Shown: positions 33,067-42,225 of the stretch, in pieces
How positions within the stretch are numbered: position 1 is the first letter of the stretch
Layout: every line of letters begins with the position of its first letter
Virus record (IMG/VR): IMGVR_UViG_3300045988_101454
Location: 36,916-100,915 of that record
Length of the DNA: 64,000 nt
Source of the DNA: a virus
Direction: 5' to 3' (one strand)
The notes under the pieces: generated by a model
The model's database searches: none
Told to the model about the DNA's origin: nothing
The model's input: the letters and a program-made list of their open reading frames with translations, nothing else
Program-made: the position numbers and the translations under genes

Positions 33067-33229
33067 CAGCAAGGCGTGCCAGAGGTACGACAACGTTTAC
33101 GAATGGTTCACTCGCGACGTATTTTACAGCTCCGATACAGATTGGAACAAGGTAAGCACAGGGCTGTTCGGTAAGCCGGACTTCAAGAAGTTCTTGGAGG
33201 ACAAGTTCTGTATTGACTTGACATTATAA
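32933..33229 (+). CDS. PAPS-reductase-family protein, C-terminal part
   Basis: ..SKRLGCMCCPLAS.. is the conserved C-terminal Cys motif. This frame is open from 32924 and joins the upstream ORF if G8 becomes G7. Confidence 0.7.
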   Translation: MSKRLGCMCCPLASRRKRIIEFQKYPKIAKAYLRAGQRFMETHPDSKACQRYDNVYEWFTRDVFYSSDTDWNKVSTGLFGKPDFKKFLEDKFCIDLTL

Positions 33230-33240
33230 ACAACACAATT

Positions 33241-33522
33241 ATGATAACAATAAAAATCAAGACATGGAAGGACTGGAAGCAGGACTTCATCGATTGGGTA
33301 AAGGAGCCACGGCGCAAGACGTGCAAGGAGTATGTGGACTACATGGAGGCTTTACAAAAGAAGACTCTCTACAAAATAATAGATGACACTTGTGATAAAT
33401 ACAACAACATGCGTGAGGGTCAAATCCAAGACATCACAGAAGCAGTAGAAAAATGCGTGGCTGCTTGTGCTGAAAAAGCACGCAAGTTAATCGATGATTG
33501 TCAGCCCGCAAAATTTTTCTAA
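33241..33522 (+). CDS. hypothetical protein (93 aa)
   Basis: ORF track. Confidence 0.5.
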   Translation: MITIKIKTWKDWKQDFIDWVKEPRRKTCKEYVDYMEALQKKTLYKIIDDTCDKYNNMREGQIQDITEAVEKCVAACAEKARKLIDDCQPAKFF

Positions 33523-33563
33523 GACTGGAACTTCCATTATAAGCAACAAAAACTCTACACAAC

Positions 33564-34142
33564 ATGAACAACAACATAAAAAGAAAGGACTGGGTGGGCG
33601 GCTCGGCCGCTGTATTCAAGACGTTGGGCGCAAGCAACCATACGGATGCGGATAGACAGCGTGAGGATTACTATGCCACAGAACCGAAAGCGACGGAATG
33701 GCTGTGCAAACTGGAGCATTTTGAGGGCCGGATATTGGAGCCTTCGTGTGGCGAGGGTCACATGAGCCGGGTGTTGGAGGCAGCAGGATATGAGGTGGTG
33801 AGCCGCGACCTTGTGGATAGAGGTTACGGCGAGGTGGCTGACTTCCTCTCAATAGACAACTTGGCGTGGGACGGAAACATCATCACCAATCCGCCCTACA
33901 AATTCGCACAGCAGTTCGTTGTGAAGGCTCTGAGCATCATCCCCGAAGGAAAGAAAGTGGCGATGTTCCTTAAGCTAACTTTCCTCGAAGGCAAGGCTCG
34001 ACGCACTCTCTTCCGTTCTACCCCCCCCCATTCGTGTTTGGGTAAGCTCGTCACGACTGAAATGCGCTCCAAACGGCGACTTCAACGCTATTGTTGGCAG
34101 CGCAACGGCTTACGCATGGTTTGTATGGGAGAAAGGATATAA
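33564..34142 (+). CDS. N6-adenine DNA methyltransferase (NPPY type); frame breaks at a C9 run
   Basis: EPSCGEGHM (motif I) and IITNPPYKF (motif IV). After C9 (34021-34029) the conserved end ..IRVWVSSSRLKCAPNGDFNAIVGSATAYAWFVWEKGYKGETTVKWFN* continues in the +1 frame to TGA 34171-34173. Confidence 0.75.
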   Translation: MNNNIKRKDWVGGSAAVFKTLGASNHTDADRQREDYYATEPKATEWLCKLEHFEGRILEPSCGEGHMSRVLEAAGYEVVSRDLVDRGYGEVADFLSIDNLAWDGNIITNPPYKFAQQFVVKALSIIPEGKKVAMFLKLTFLEGKARRTLFRSTPPHSCLGKLVTTEMRSKRRLQRYCWQRNGLRMVCMGERI

Positions 34143-34193
34143 AGGCGAGACAACTGTAAAATGGTTTAACTGATAGAAAAAAAACAATAGAGC

Positions 34194-35096
34194 ATGATAG
34201 AACTGAATAAGATATATAATGAAGACTGCCAGGAAGGGATGATAGCCATTCAAGATAATTCCATAGACCTTGCGGTTGCAGACCCTCCTTACTGGAAAGT
34301 AATTGACGAGCAATGGGATTATCAATGGAGAACTGAGAGCGACTATGTGGAATGGTGCATTAAATGGATGAAGGAGGTTGCACGAGTTTTGCGTATAGGT
34401 GGAACATTCTACTGCTTTGGTTATTTCAGAATCTTAGTCTTGCTCATTCCTTACCTTGAATCACTTGGACTTGAATTAAGACAGCAAATTGTTATTGATA
34501 AGGGTATGCGTGTCGTAAGCGGACGGGCTACACGAAGATACAAGATGTTTCCTAACGTAACGGAAAGCGTACTCTTTATAATCAAAGACAACAAGAAATT
34601 TGTAAAGCCATTCCTCAAAGAACGCCAAGAAGCATTAGGACTGACTGCCAAGCAAATCAATGAAGCGTTGGGGGTTAAGTCTAATGGCGGTGGCATGTGG
34701 AGTATTTACACCGGCAATAACGTATGTGAGCAATTTCCTACGAAGGAGCTCTGGGACAAACTTTCCCATGTACTCTCCTTTGATTGTCCGTATGAAAAAG
34801 TCGCTCAGACATTCAATCCGCAAATAGGAGTTACTGACGTGTGGTCTGATATTAACTTTTATGAAGAAAAACATATCCATCCCACTCAAAAGCCGTTAAA
34901 GCTAATCCGTAGACTGATAAAAGCCAGCAGTAACGAAGGTGATATTGTCTTAGACCCGTTTTCGGGAGTGGGAACAACGCAGGTAGGCTGCGTACAGACC
35001 AAGCGCAACTTCATCGGCTTCGAGCTCAACAAGGAGTATTACGACAAGGCTTGTAAGCGCATCAAGTTGGAGCAAGCGCAGTTCACGCTGTTCTGA
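34194..35096 (+). CDS. N6/N4 DNA methyltransferase (DPPY type)
   Basis: LAVADPPYW (motif IV), HPTQKPLKLIRRLI, and the C-terminal FSGVGTT SAM motif. Confidence 0.8.
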   Translation: MIELNKIYNEDCQEGMIAIQDNSIDLAVADPPYWKVIDEQWDYQWRTESDYVEWCIKWMKEVARVLRIGGTFYCFGYFRILVLLIPYLESLGLELRQQIVIDKGMRVVSGRATRRYKMFPNVTESVLFIIKDNKKFVKPFLKERQEALGLTAKQINEALGVKSNGGGMWSIYTGNNVCEQFPTKELWDKLSHVLSFDCPYEKVAQTFNPQIGVTDVWSDINFYEEKHIHPTQKPLKLIRRLIKASSNEGDIVLDPFSGVGTTQVGCVQTKRNFIGFELNKEYYDKACKRIKLEQAQFTLF

Positions 35097-35163
35097 CAAC
35101 TCAAAAATGGATAAATCCTAATCGCCAACGGCGACAATTCAAAACGAATAAATGATATAGAGA

Positions 35164-35949
35164 ATGATAGAACTGAATAAGATATATAATGAAGACTGCC
35201 TGGAAGGCATGAAAAGGATTCTGGACGGAAGTGTGGATTGCATTGTGTGCGATTTGCCGTATGGTACTACTGCTTGTGCTTGGGATAGCGTAATTCCATT
35301 TGACAAGTTGTGGGAGCAATACAAGAGAATCATAAAGAATACTGGTGCTATAGTCTTGTTTAGTCAGCAACCTTTTACGTCTGCGCTTATCATGTCGAAC
35401 ATAGATATGTATAAGTATAATTGGATATGGAAAAAGGAGAGTGGTACTAATTACTTAAATTCCCATCATCAACCATTGAAGATTACAGAAGATATATGTG
35501 TTTTTGGAATGGCAGCAACAACTGAAAGCAAGAAAAAAAAGTATATGGAGTATCATCCTCAAATGATTAAGGGGTACAAGCCTTATGCCTGCAAAAATGG
35601 CATTCAACGAAAAGACGCTGCAATGGTACGAGGAAAATGTCAAGCGCAGACTGGAGGAGCTGTGACAGTAAGTGATGGTTCTCGTTTCCCTATAAATTTA
35701 CTCGAATTTATTCGGGATAAGGAGAAGATCCATCCCACCCAAAAGCCAGTTGCTCTTATTCAGTACCTCATCCGTACCTACTCCAACGAGGGCGACACCA
35801 TATTAGACAACTGTATGGGCAGCGGCACCACCGCCATTGCAGCTATCCGTGAAAAGCGCAACTTCATCGGCTTCGAGCTCAACAAGGAGTATTACGACAA
35901 GGCTTGCAAGCGCATCAAAATGGAGCTGGCGCAGCCTACTCTCTTCTGA
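35164..35949 (+). CDS. N6/N4 DNA methyltransferase (D-L-P-Y variant); tandem paralog
   Basis: IVCDLPYG, HPTQKPVALIQYLI, CMGSGTT. The first 37 nt and about 65 nt of the 3' end are near-identical to 34194-35096. Confidence 0.8.
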   Translation: MIELNKIYNEDCLEGMKRILDGSVDCIVCDLPYGTTACAWDSVIPFDKLWEQYKRIIKNTGAIVLFSQQPFTSALIMSNIDMYKYNWIWKKESGTNYLNSHHQPLKITEDICVFGMAATTESKKKKYMEYHPQMIKGYKPYACKNGIQRKDAAMVRGKCQAQTGGAVTVSDGSRFPINLLEFIRDKEKIHPTQKPVALIQYLIRTYSNEGDTILDNCMGSGTTAIAAIREKRNFIGFELNKEYYDKACKRIKMELAQPTLF

Positions 35950-35981
35950 CAACACAACTAACAACAACACAAAAACAACAC

Positions 35982-36212
35982 ATGAGTAACAACCGACACA
36001 AATACTTCAACAAGGTACCGCCGTTCAAGCCGGACCCTGAACACTACACTCGCAAGCAGCACTCTTGGAAAGCGAAAGAGGCTTACGAGACGGAAGATGA
36101 TGCTTGGGAATATCTCAATCAGAATCCGAAGCTGCGGGCACAGGGCATGACAGCGTACCGATGCAGGACGTGCAACAAATGGCACATAGGACATAAGACG
36201 CACAGCGAATAA
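35982..36212 (+). CDS. small protein with a C-terminal CxxC (76 aa)
   Basis: ATG 35982 after a CA-rich leader; ..AYRCRTCNKWHIGHKTH. Confidence 0.5.
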   Translation: MSNNRHKYFNKVPPFKPDPEHYTRKQHSWKAKEAYETEDDAWEYLNQNPKLRAQGMTAYRCRTCNKWHIGHKTHSE

Positions 36213-36241
36213 GCAACACAACACAAAATCAGGATAACACA

Positions 36242-38233
36242 ATGCAGCAAGCACACAACATATACTTAACCAAATTCCAGCAGCAGTCACTATACATGGG
36301 AGCCAAGGACGAGCGAGTGATTGCTGCCCGCCGTGTGGGTAAGACCGACGGACTTGTGGCTCCTTACGTCTGGATGGCAAGCAACTCCATGCCTGGTATG
36401 CTCGGCGCATGGGTGGCAGTGTCGCGTCAGCAGGGCTTCGGCAAGACCATACCGAGTACGATGGCAGCAATGGAGCGTATGTTCGGCTTTACGCAGGGCA
36501 TTCACTTCGGTTGGGGTCGCCCGCCGAAACATGCCCGTGAGAGTATCTTCAAGCCCAACAACTACGACAACTACATCTGGTTTGCCAATGGTGCTGGATG
36601 GGTGCTTATATCCCTCTCGCAGACTGCGAGTGCCAACAGCTACACTTTTAGCGCACTTGTGGGGGACGAAGCGAGGTTCTTTCCGCTAAAAAAGGTAACT
36701 GACGAGTTGCTGCCGGCTCTTTCTGGCCAGACGCATCCATTGGGCGACATCAACTTTACGGAGTATAATCCGATGTATAAGAGTACGCGATTCCTCTCCG
36801 ATGCTGCGCTCACAGCCAAAGGGTCGTGGCTCGAAAGGGAGGAGGAAAAGTTAGACATGGCAGTTGAGACGGGTCCGTTCAAAGGAAAGACCTACCGATG
36901 GGTGCAGGAGCAGTTGGAGGATTATGCCGACAAGGTGATACGCTACAACGACCTGCTGTATAACGCCAAGAAGACCAATCACTCGGTTCATGTAGTTCCG
37001 AAGGAGTTGCGCACAATGATTCGTGCCGTGGCTCTGAAGATGATGAAGCACGAGGGGCAGTTCCGCATTATGCCTAATCATGGGCAGCACGTCACTAAGG
37101 GTATGGTGGAGATGGCGGTAAACTATAAACTTATTCCGCAGGACGATGCCGAACTGGTTTATGATTACGAGTATCTGATTACGCCAGAAGAGGATTTTGA
37201 GATGCAGATGTTCCTGCGCTCAAAGAAGTTTGCGGATGGATATCTGCGTGAGCTGCGCCGCGTGGCTTTCTGTGTGCGCCGTGCGTCATCCCTCGACAAT
37301 GTGGATGTTTTGGGTGAGGATTACATAAGGCAGATGCGCCGCGATCTTCCACCCATGACCTTCGCAATTTCAATCCTCAACATCAAAGTAAAGAAGACAA
37401 ACGATGGCTTTTACTCCAACCTCGACATCGACCATGTTCACGGGTATATTCCAGATGAGGATATTTTAAATCAAGCAAATTTTAGCACAAAAAAAGTAAC
37501 GGGTATAATCGGCGGCAAGCGCATCACAAGCGAGAGTTATCAACCCGACTTCAAGGAGTTGGGCGAGCGCAACGACTCACGCATGGACTCCGACTGCATC
37601 AACTCCCTCCCCTTATACATAGCCTTGGATTACAATGCCAACATCAATACCTTGGTGGTGGGACAGATGTACGAGCGTGACGGGATGGAGTGTCTGAACG
37701 TGATCAAGAGCTTCTATGTGAAGAACGAGCGCAAGCTGCGTGAACTGATAGCCGATTTTTCTGATTATTACGCACCCAAGCGAGCCATCAACCGCGACGT
37801 GACGTATTTTTATGATGCCACAGCCAAACAGGGAGCCTCGTATGCTTCGTCAGACGAGCGATTCTACATGACCGTGATTGCAGAATTAGAGAAGCGAGGT
37901 TGGAACGTGACGGCCATTGACATGGGCGCACCGGAGAAGCACGAGGTGAAGCACAAGATTATCAACGACGGCTTGGCTCACCTCTCCTACCCTGCCATCC
38001 GCATCAACCAGGTAAACAATCCCGACCTTATCATTGCCATGCAGCTGTGCGAGGTGCAGATTTCGTATAAGGGATTCCACAAAAATAAGAGTCAAGAAAA
38101 AAAGCCCGAGAGTGAAGACACGCTGCCCTTGGAAAACCGTACCGATTTTACGGACGCTTTCGATACGCTGTATTTAGGTTGCAAGTTCTTCCGAGTCGGT
38201 GGCGGTTGGTTTGTGCTGCCAAGTGGAAGATGA
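36242..38233 (+). CDS. terL: terminase large subunit
   Basis: Walker A-like AARRVGKTDG and Walker B-like FSALVGDEARF. 663 aa, with size and layout typical of TerL. Confidence 0.75.
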   Translation: MQQAHNIYLTKFQQQSLYMGAKDERVIAARRVGKTDGLVAPYVWMASNSMPGMLGAWVAVSRQQGFGKTIPSTMAAMERMFGFTQGIHFGWGRPPKHARESIFKPNNYDNYIWFANGAGWVLISLSQTASANSYTFSALVGDEARFFPLKKVTDELLPALSGQTHPLGDINFTEYNPMYKSTRFLSDAALTAKGSWLEREEEKLDMAVETGPFKGKTYRWVQEQLEDYADKVIRYNDLLYNAKKTNHSVHVVPKELRTMIRAVALKMMKHEGQFRIMPNHGQHVTKGMVEMAVNYKLIPQDDAELVYDYEYLITPEEDFEMQMFLRSKKFADGYLRELRRVAFCVRRASSLDNVDVLGEDYIRQMRRDLPPMTFAISILNIKVKKTNDGFYSNLDIDHVHGYIPDEDILNQANFSTKKVTGIIGGKRITSESYQPDFKELGERNDSRMDSDCINSLPLYIALDYNANINTLVVGQMYERDGMECLNVIKSFYVKNERKLRELIADFSDYYAPKRAINRDVTYFYDATAKQGASYASSDERFYMTVIAELEKRGWNVTAIDMGAPEKHEVKHKIINDGLAHLSYPAIRINQVNNPDLIIAMQLCEVQISYKGFHKNKSQEKKPESEDTLPLENRTDFTDAFDTLYLGCKFFRVGGGWFVLPSGR

Positions 38234-38314
38234 TGAAATTAGGAGTTAGGAATTAGGAGTTGTCGCCGTTGGCGATTTGGAATTATTCAATTTGGAGACT
38301 TGTATATTAAAGGC

Positions 38315-38347
38315 GAAGGGCAGACGTTATCACAACGGCTGCCCTTC
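38315..38347. terminator. hairpin between convergent genes (possible bidirectional terminator)
   Basis: 9-bp stem GAAGGGCAG/CTGCCCTTC with a 15-nt loop, between terL (+) and 38407-38748 (-). Confidence 0.4.
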
Positions 38348-38406
38348 TAAAGTGTAAAAAATGAAAATCGCTAATAACAAATTGCTTTGTTTCTTGGGGT
38401 GTACGA

Positions 38407-38748
38407 TTACAAGAAAACTGGCAGTCTACGCCACACGCCACCATTCGGCTGAAACTCTTCCTGCCATTCTCTATATTCTACGTCAAATTTTGCACCATAA
38501 AAAGCCAAACCTTCGAGAGGTAGGCTCTTGATGTATTCCTCCTGCTGCTTACGGGTCATAAAGTCGTTAGACATGAGAATAATGCGGTTGTTGCGGAGGT
38601 AAGCAGAGCACTGAAATATGTACTGCGGATTAGATAACATCTCCCTAATAGCAGCATAATCTGAAATACTCTTCGGAGAGAAATTAATACCGTTCACGCC
38701 AGAAAAGAACTGCTCAGGGTAGCGAAGTATATCTACGTTTTCTAACAT
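38407..38748 (-). CDS. radical SAM activase-like protein, C-terminal part
   Basis: The frame is open upstream of the ATG back to 38814 (LAQLRYDYHNIEYVYIYTSGFPMLENVDIL..), continuing the upstream ORF after a -1 shift. Confidence 0.5.
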   Translation of the reverse strand: MLENVDILRYPEQFFSGVNGINFSPKSISDYAAIREMLSNPQYIFQCSAYLRNNRIILMSNDFMTRKQQEEYIKSLPLEGLAFYGAKFDVEYREWQEEFQPNGGVWRRLPVFL

Positions 38749-39032
38749 CGGGAAGCCTGAAGTGTAGATATAGACATATTCGATGTTATGGTAATCATAG
38801 CGCAGCTGTGCGAGTTATCCATGAGACTTTCTACATAGAACGGATCGCCACCAGTGAGCATAACGGTATGTGCTGCCTTCAACTCTTCTACAGTTACCAC
38901 AGGAACCGTATCGAGGTCGTACTGCTTGTTGCAGCACAGCGGACAAGAGTTACCACACCATCTGTTAATCATCAAGTGTATGGCTCCCTTGTCGGCTCCT
39001 GGCTCGTCTGTATATTTACGTTTTGTTTCCAT
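38742..39032 (-). CDS. radical SAM (NrdG/QueE-like 4Fe-4S) protein, N-terminal part
   Basis: ATG 39030-39032; ..INRWCGNSCPLCCNKQ.. (CxxxCxxC) and ..VMLTGGDPFY..; the tail after ..SLMDN is non-conserved and ends in TAG. Confidence 0.55.
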   Translation of the reverse strand: METKRKYTDEPGADKGAIHLMINRWCGNSCPLCCNKQYDLDTVPVVTVEELKAAHTVMLTGGDPFYVESLMDNSHSCAMITITSNMSISTLQASRC

Positions 39033-39037
39033 ATTGT

Positions 39038-39358
39038 CTATTGTTGTTCGTTTTCTTCCTTCAGCATATCGTGTCGTAGCCCTATGAGCCACGACTTGAG
39101 ATTGATGTAACGGTTGTTGTCGAGGTTTGCATCGCGCCATTCGGCATATTCATCATAGGACATATTGTTCTCGATGATACGCACCATATCTTCCGGATTC
39201 AGCACGTCGGATTCCTCGAAGTCACACGCCCCACCTACCTCGTCGCCAATCCAATAAAACTTGCGACAACCATCAAAGATCTGTTCGTTGACGAGTTCTG
39301 CCAACTTATTGCAACTATCCTTGTACTGCTTTATAAATTTATTTAAATTAGGGTTCAT
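39038..39358 (-). CDS. hypothetical protein (106 aa)
   Basis: ORF track. Confidence 0.5.
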   Translation of the reverse strand: MNPNLNKFIKQYKDSCNKLAELVNEQIFDGCRKFYWIGDEVGGACDFEESDVLNPEDMVRIIENNMSYDEYAEWRDANLDNNRYINLKSWLIGLRHDMLKEENEQQ

Positions 39359-39879
39359 ATCTGCAAATTTAGTTTTTCGACTTTTGCCTTAAACTTTTCC
39401 TCTTCCGTTTCTGTGGCGAACCTAAAAATAATTAGCCGTGCTCTTGAATACGAACTATGAAAGATTATCCCCTGGTCAATAAATAACGTCTTTGTTTTTA
39501 AAGATCCAAGAAGATAATAGTGGACAGCGAAAGAGGGGGCAACAGACAGACCTTTAAACTTCATAATAAAAGTATCCATCTTACCACCGTCTAAAAGATA
39601 ATCTACAGCCACTATGTCGCCATCATTAAAATCAAGAATATCCCAACTACGGCACGAAGAAGAAGGTAGTAGCATAGGTTCTCCTTGTTCAAAGTTGGCT
39701 AAATGAGCATCGTCGCGAAAAAGATAACACTCATTGTCTTTTTGATCGGAAAGGTTTACTACACAGATTCCTGAATCATTCACTTCAACTACCTTTACCC
39801 AACCGAACAAAGGACAATATAACATAGTACCTTTAGGCAAACTACGCAAAAAATTCCTTAGTCTTTGATTGTGTTCCAT
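39355..39879 (-). CDS. hypothetical protein; paralog of 529-1335
   Basis: Shared sequence blocks with the 529-1335 product. Confidence 0.55.
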   Translation of the reverse strand: MEHNQRLRNFLRSLPKGTMLYCPLFGWVKVVEVNDSGICVVNLSDQKDNECYLFRDDAHLANFEQGEPMLLPSSSCRSWDILDFNDGDIVAVDYLLDGGKMDTFIMKFKGLSVAPSFAVHYYLLGSLKTKTLFIDQGIIFHSSYSRARLIIFRFATETEEEKFKAKVEKLNLQI

Positions 39880-39985
39880 ATCTATATTATTTTAGTGAGA
39901 AACAATTAGGGGAAATTTTCCTTTGTTTTCCCCTAATTTCTTCTATTGCCTAATCTTTTTCTCTTACCGACATAATGTTTCGGAT

Positions 39986-40495
39986 TTATAATAATGTTTT
40001 ATCGTCGTAAACGCCCAAGTTGGTCCACCACTCTTCCTGTACATATTTGTTATGAGGCATTTCGTAGGTGACAACATCTCTTATCCATTCGCGAGGAACA
40101 TAGCTATCAAAGGAAGCCATGCGCGACTCCTGTCCGGGAATGCGCAGAGGTCTATAACGTCCGGCAAATCTATAACACTCAGCTGTTATAGGCTGCTTGA
40201 GTGTGTCGGGCTGAAATGTTACTTTGTATCTGTTGCCACGATGCAAAGCTGCCAGCGTATGCAGGTAATCTTCGTGTCCGCTATGCTTAGTCATACATCC
40301 TTTGACTTCACGGAAATAGCAATCCCATAGGTTACGACGGAAGATGTACCAGAAGAAATCCATTTCGTCATCCGTCATCTGCGATATATGGGGGAATACA
40401 ATTTTTCGCCACACGTGCTGACGCAGATGCGAACCATAGGCGAATCCTTCAACGGCTGCAACGAAGTCGTGGCGGTCAAGACTCAGATCTATCAT
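39986..40495 (-). CDS. hypothetical protein (169 aa)
   Basis: ORF track. Confidence 0.5.
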   Translation of the reverse strand: MIDLSLDRHDFVAAVEGFAYGSHLRQHVWRKIVFPHISQMTDDEMDFFWYIFRRNLWDCYFREVKGCMTKHSGHEDYLHTLAALHRGNRYKVTFQPDTLKQPITAECYRFAGRYRPLRIPGQESRMASFDSYVPREWIRDVVTYEMPHNKYVQEEWWTNLGVYDDKTLL

Positions 40496-41033
40496 ACAAT
40501 ATGTATTTTATATCCTCGTACATAGCCATTTCCACCTTCTCGCCATCGAAATGACCGAGTGCAAGCAGATGCCCGTCTTCTTTAGTAGCGTCTTGAATTG
40601 AGGGTGCATCTGCTCTCACAACGAAGATGTCAAAATCCTTGATAAACTTGAGCTGTTCAAGTGGGATTATAGGCATCTGCTCACGAGCGTTCTGACGAAT
40701 ACGTTGAAGGTCTTCTTTGGTGAGCATAGCGAACTGAGCCTGTGCCTTACGCACAGCTTCGGTCTCCACCTTCAGACGATGAGCTTCGTAGGCTTCTTGA
40801 GCGATGTTATTGTTCTGCCACATGGCCACCTGGTTGAGAAACTTCAAAAAGCCGCTTCTTCCTTCGGCTAATTTCAATTTTACCAGAGATTCTTCAATGA
40901 CAAGTATCTTATCTCGGCGCTGCCAATGTATCAGCCCGTGACGTTCAAACTCATTGAGGATTGCCGAGATAGCAGATAAGTCGCGCAACTCTTGCAACTT
41001 ATTTTGCTTGTTTCTTTTAAATGGATTCCACAT
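40476..41033 (-). CDS. hypothetical protein (185 aa)
   Basis: ORF track; preceded by a 240-nt AT-rich intergenic region. Confidence 0.5.
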   Translation of the reverse strand: MWNPFKRNKQNKLQELRDLSAISAILNEFERHGLIHWQRRDKILVIEESLVKLKLAEGRSGFLKFLNQVAMWQNNNIAQEAYEAHRLKVETEAVRKAQAQFAMLTKEDLQRIRQNAREQMPIIPLEQLKFIKDFDIFVVRADAPSIQDATKEDGHLLALGHFDGEKVEMAMYEDIKYILYDRSES

Positions 41034-41275
41034 ATATATATTGTTTTAAGTTTATAATTCTGTTGAAAAATTCCTCTATCCTCACGGACCGAAGAACTAA
41101 AAAATCTCATAATAGTTTTACAAAAAACGCATACGGCATATTCTCACGAACAAGCCGAATAATAATAATCTTGAACAAAAAGTTCTTTTAACACTTATAT
41201 GGTTTCACTAAACCTTTTAGCCATGAATTTAAAATCCTTCAAATAACATAATAAAGAAAAAACAAATTGTATGTA

Positions 41276-41587
41276 TTAATGCGTAATAAATCTCGTGCCG
41301 TCTACTTCCAGCACAAGTATATCGTTGACAACCCTTATTTCACCACTCTCGACGAACTGCACCTTGCGCTGATGGCGGTCGATGTCTACGGCGAGGCATA
41401 CGCATGTACCGATGTCTACGTGTCCCGTCTTGGTGAGAAACTTGATGTAGAACGGCATACGCTGCACGTTCCTGGCTGTCTGCGGCGGATTAAAACCCGT
41501 GACCCGGCATCCCGTGCGAGGGTCATTCCACTGCCATTTCTCCATATATCGGCGAAGCTCGGTGTATGATTGTGTGGGTTGTCTCAT
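41276..41587 (-). CDS. hypothetical protein (103 aa)
   Basis: ORF track; chosen over the antisense 41267-41569 ORF by strand context. Confidence 0.45.
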   Translation of the reverse strand: MRQPTQSYTELRRYMEKWQWNDPRTGCRVTGFNPPQTARNVQRMPFYIKFLTKTGHVDIGTCVCLAVDIDRHQRKVQFVESGEIRVVNDILVLEVDGTRFITH

Positions 41588-41589
41588 TG

Positions 41590-42225
41590 TTATTCTTCTT
41601 TAAATGGCGGAAACTCAAGGTGTATGAACCTGTCTATTTCCTTATCCTTTATCAGTTTCACGCCTCCGGCAAACAGTTTCTTGCGCTGACGCAGAACGTC
41701 GGGGAAGAGGATGTTGCGTAGTGAGTTACCCCAATCGCTTGTAGAGTTAAGCAGATGTGAGGGATGGAACACGAGGGTGTAGGACACGAGAGCCTTCTCG
41801 GTTTGCGGACGATCGAACATCGGTCCGTTGAGTGTCAGGGCGCGGTCTTTGTTGTAGAGCACCATGTGACTACTGTAATAACTCACGTTGTCGCTCTGTG
41901 CGAAAATGATGCGGTCGGCATATTCGCCCAGATGCTTATGCAACAGCGAGTCGCATGAGTAGAGGGTGGATAGTACGAGGTGGGTTATCCATCCTCGCTC
42001 AAAGCATTGCTCCAGGAGAAGAAATGTCTCCAGTTTGGGGCAAGGCATAGTGAGCACCATAACGTGAGGGTCAATCACGAGGTGGCTCACTGCCTTGTAG
42101 AATTTCTCCACCGTCACGTCGCCATGCGTGTAGAACGTAAGCTGACGGTGTGGTGCCTGGTTGACAGCCTTGGGCAGCTTATTGTCTACGCAGCAAGGCG
42201 GTATGAATAGTAGAGTATCGTCCAT
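41590..42225 (-). CDS. hypothetical protein (211 aa)
   Basis: ORF track. Confidence 0.5.
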   Translation of the reverse strand: MDDTLLFIPPCCVDNKLPKAVNQAPHRQLTFYTHGDVTVEKFYKAVSHLVIDPHVMVLTMPCPKLETFLLLEQCFERGWITHLVLSTLYSCDSLLHKHLGEYADRIIFAQSDNVSYYSSHMVLYNKDRALTLNGPMFDRPQTEKALVSYTLVFHPSHLLNSTSDWGNSLRNILFPDVLRQRKKLFAGGVKLIKDKEIDRFIHLEFPPFKEE

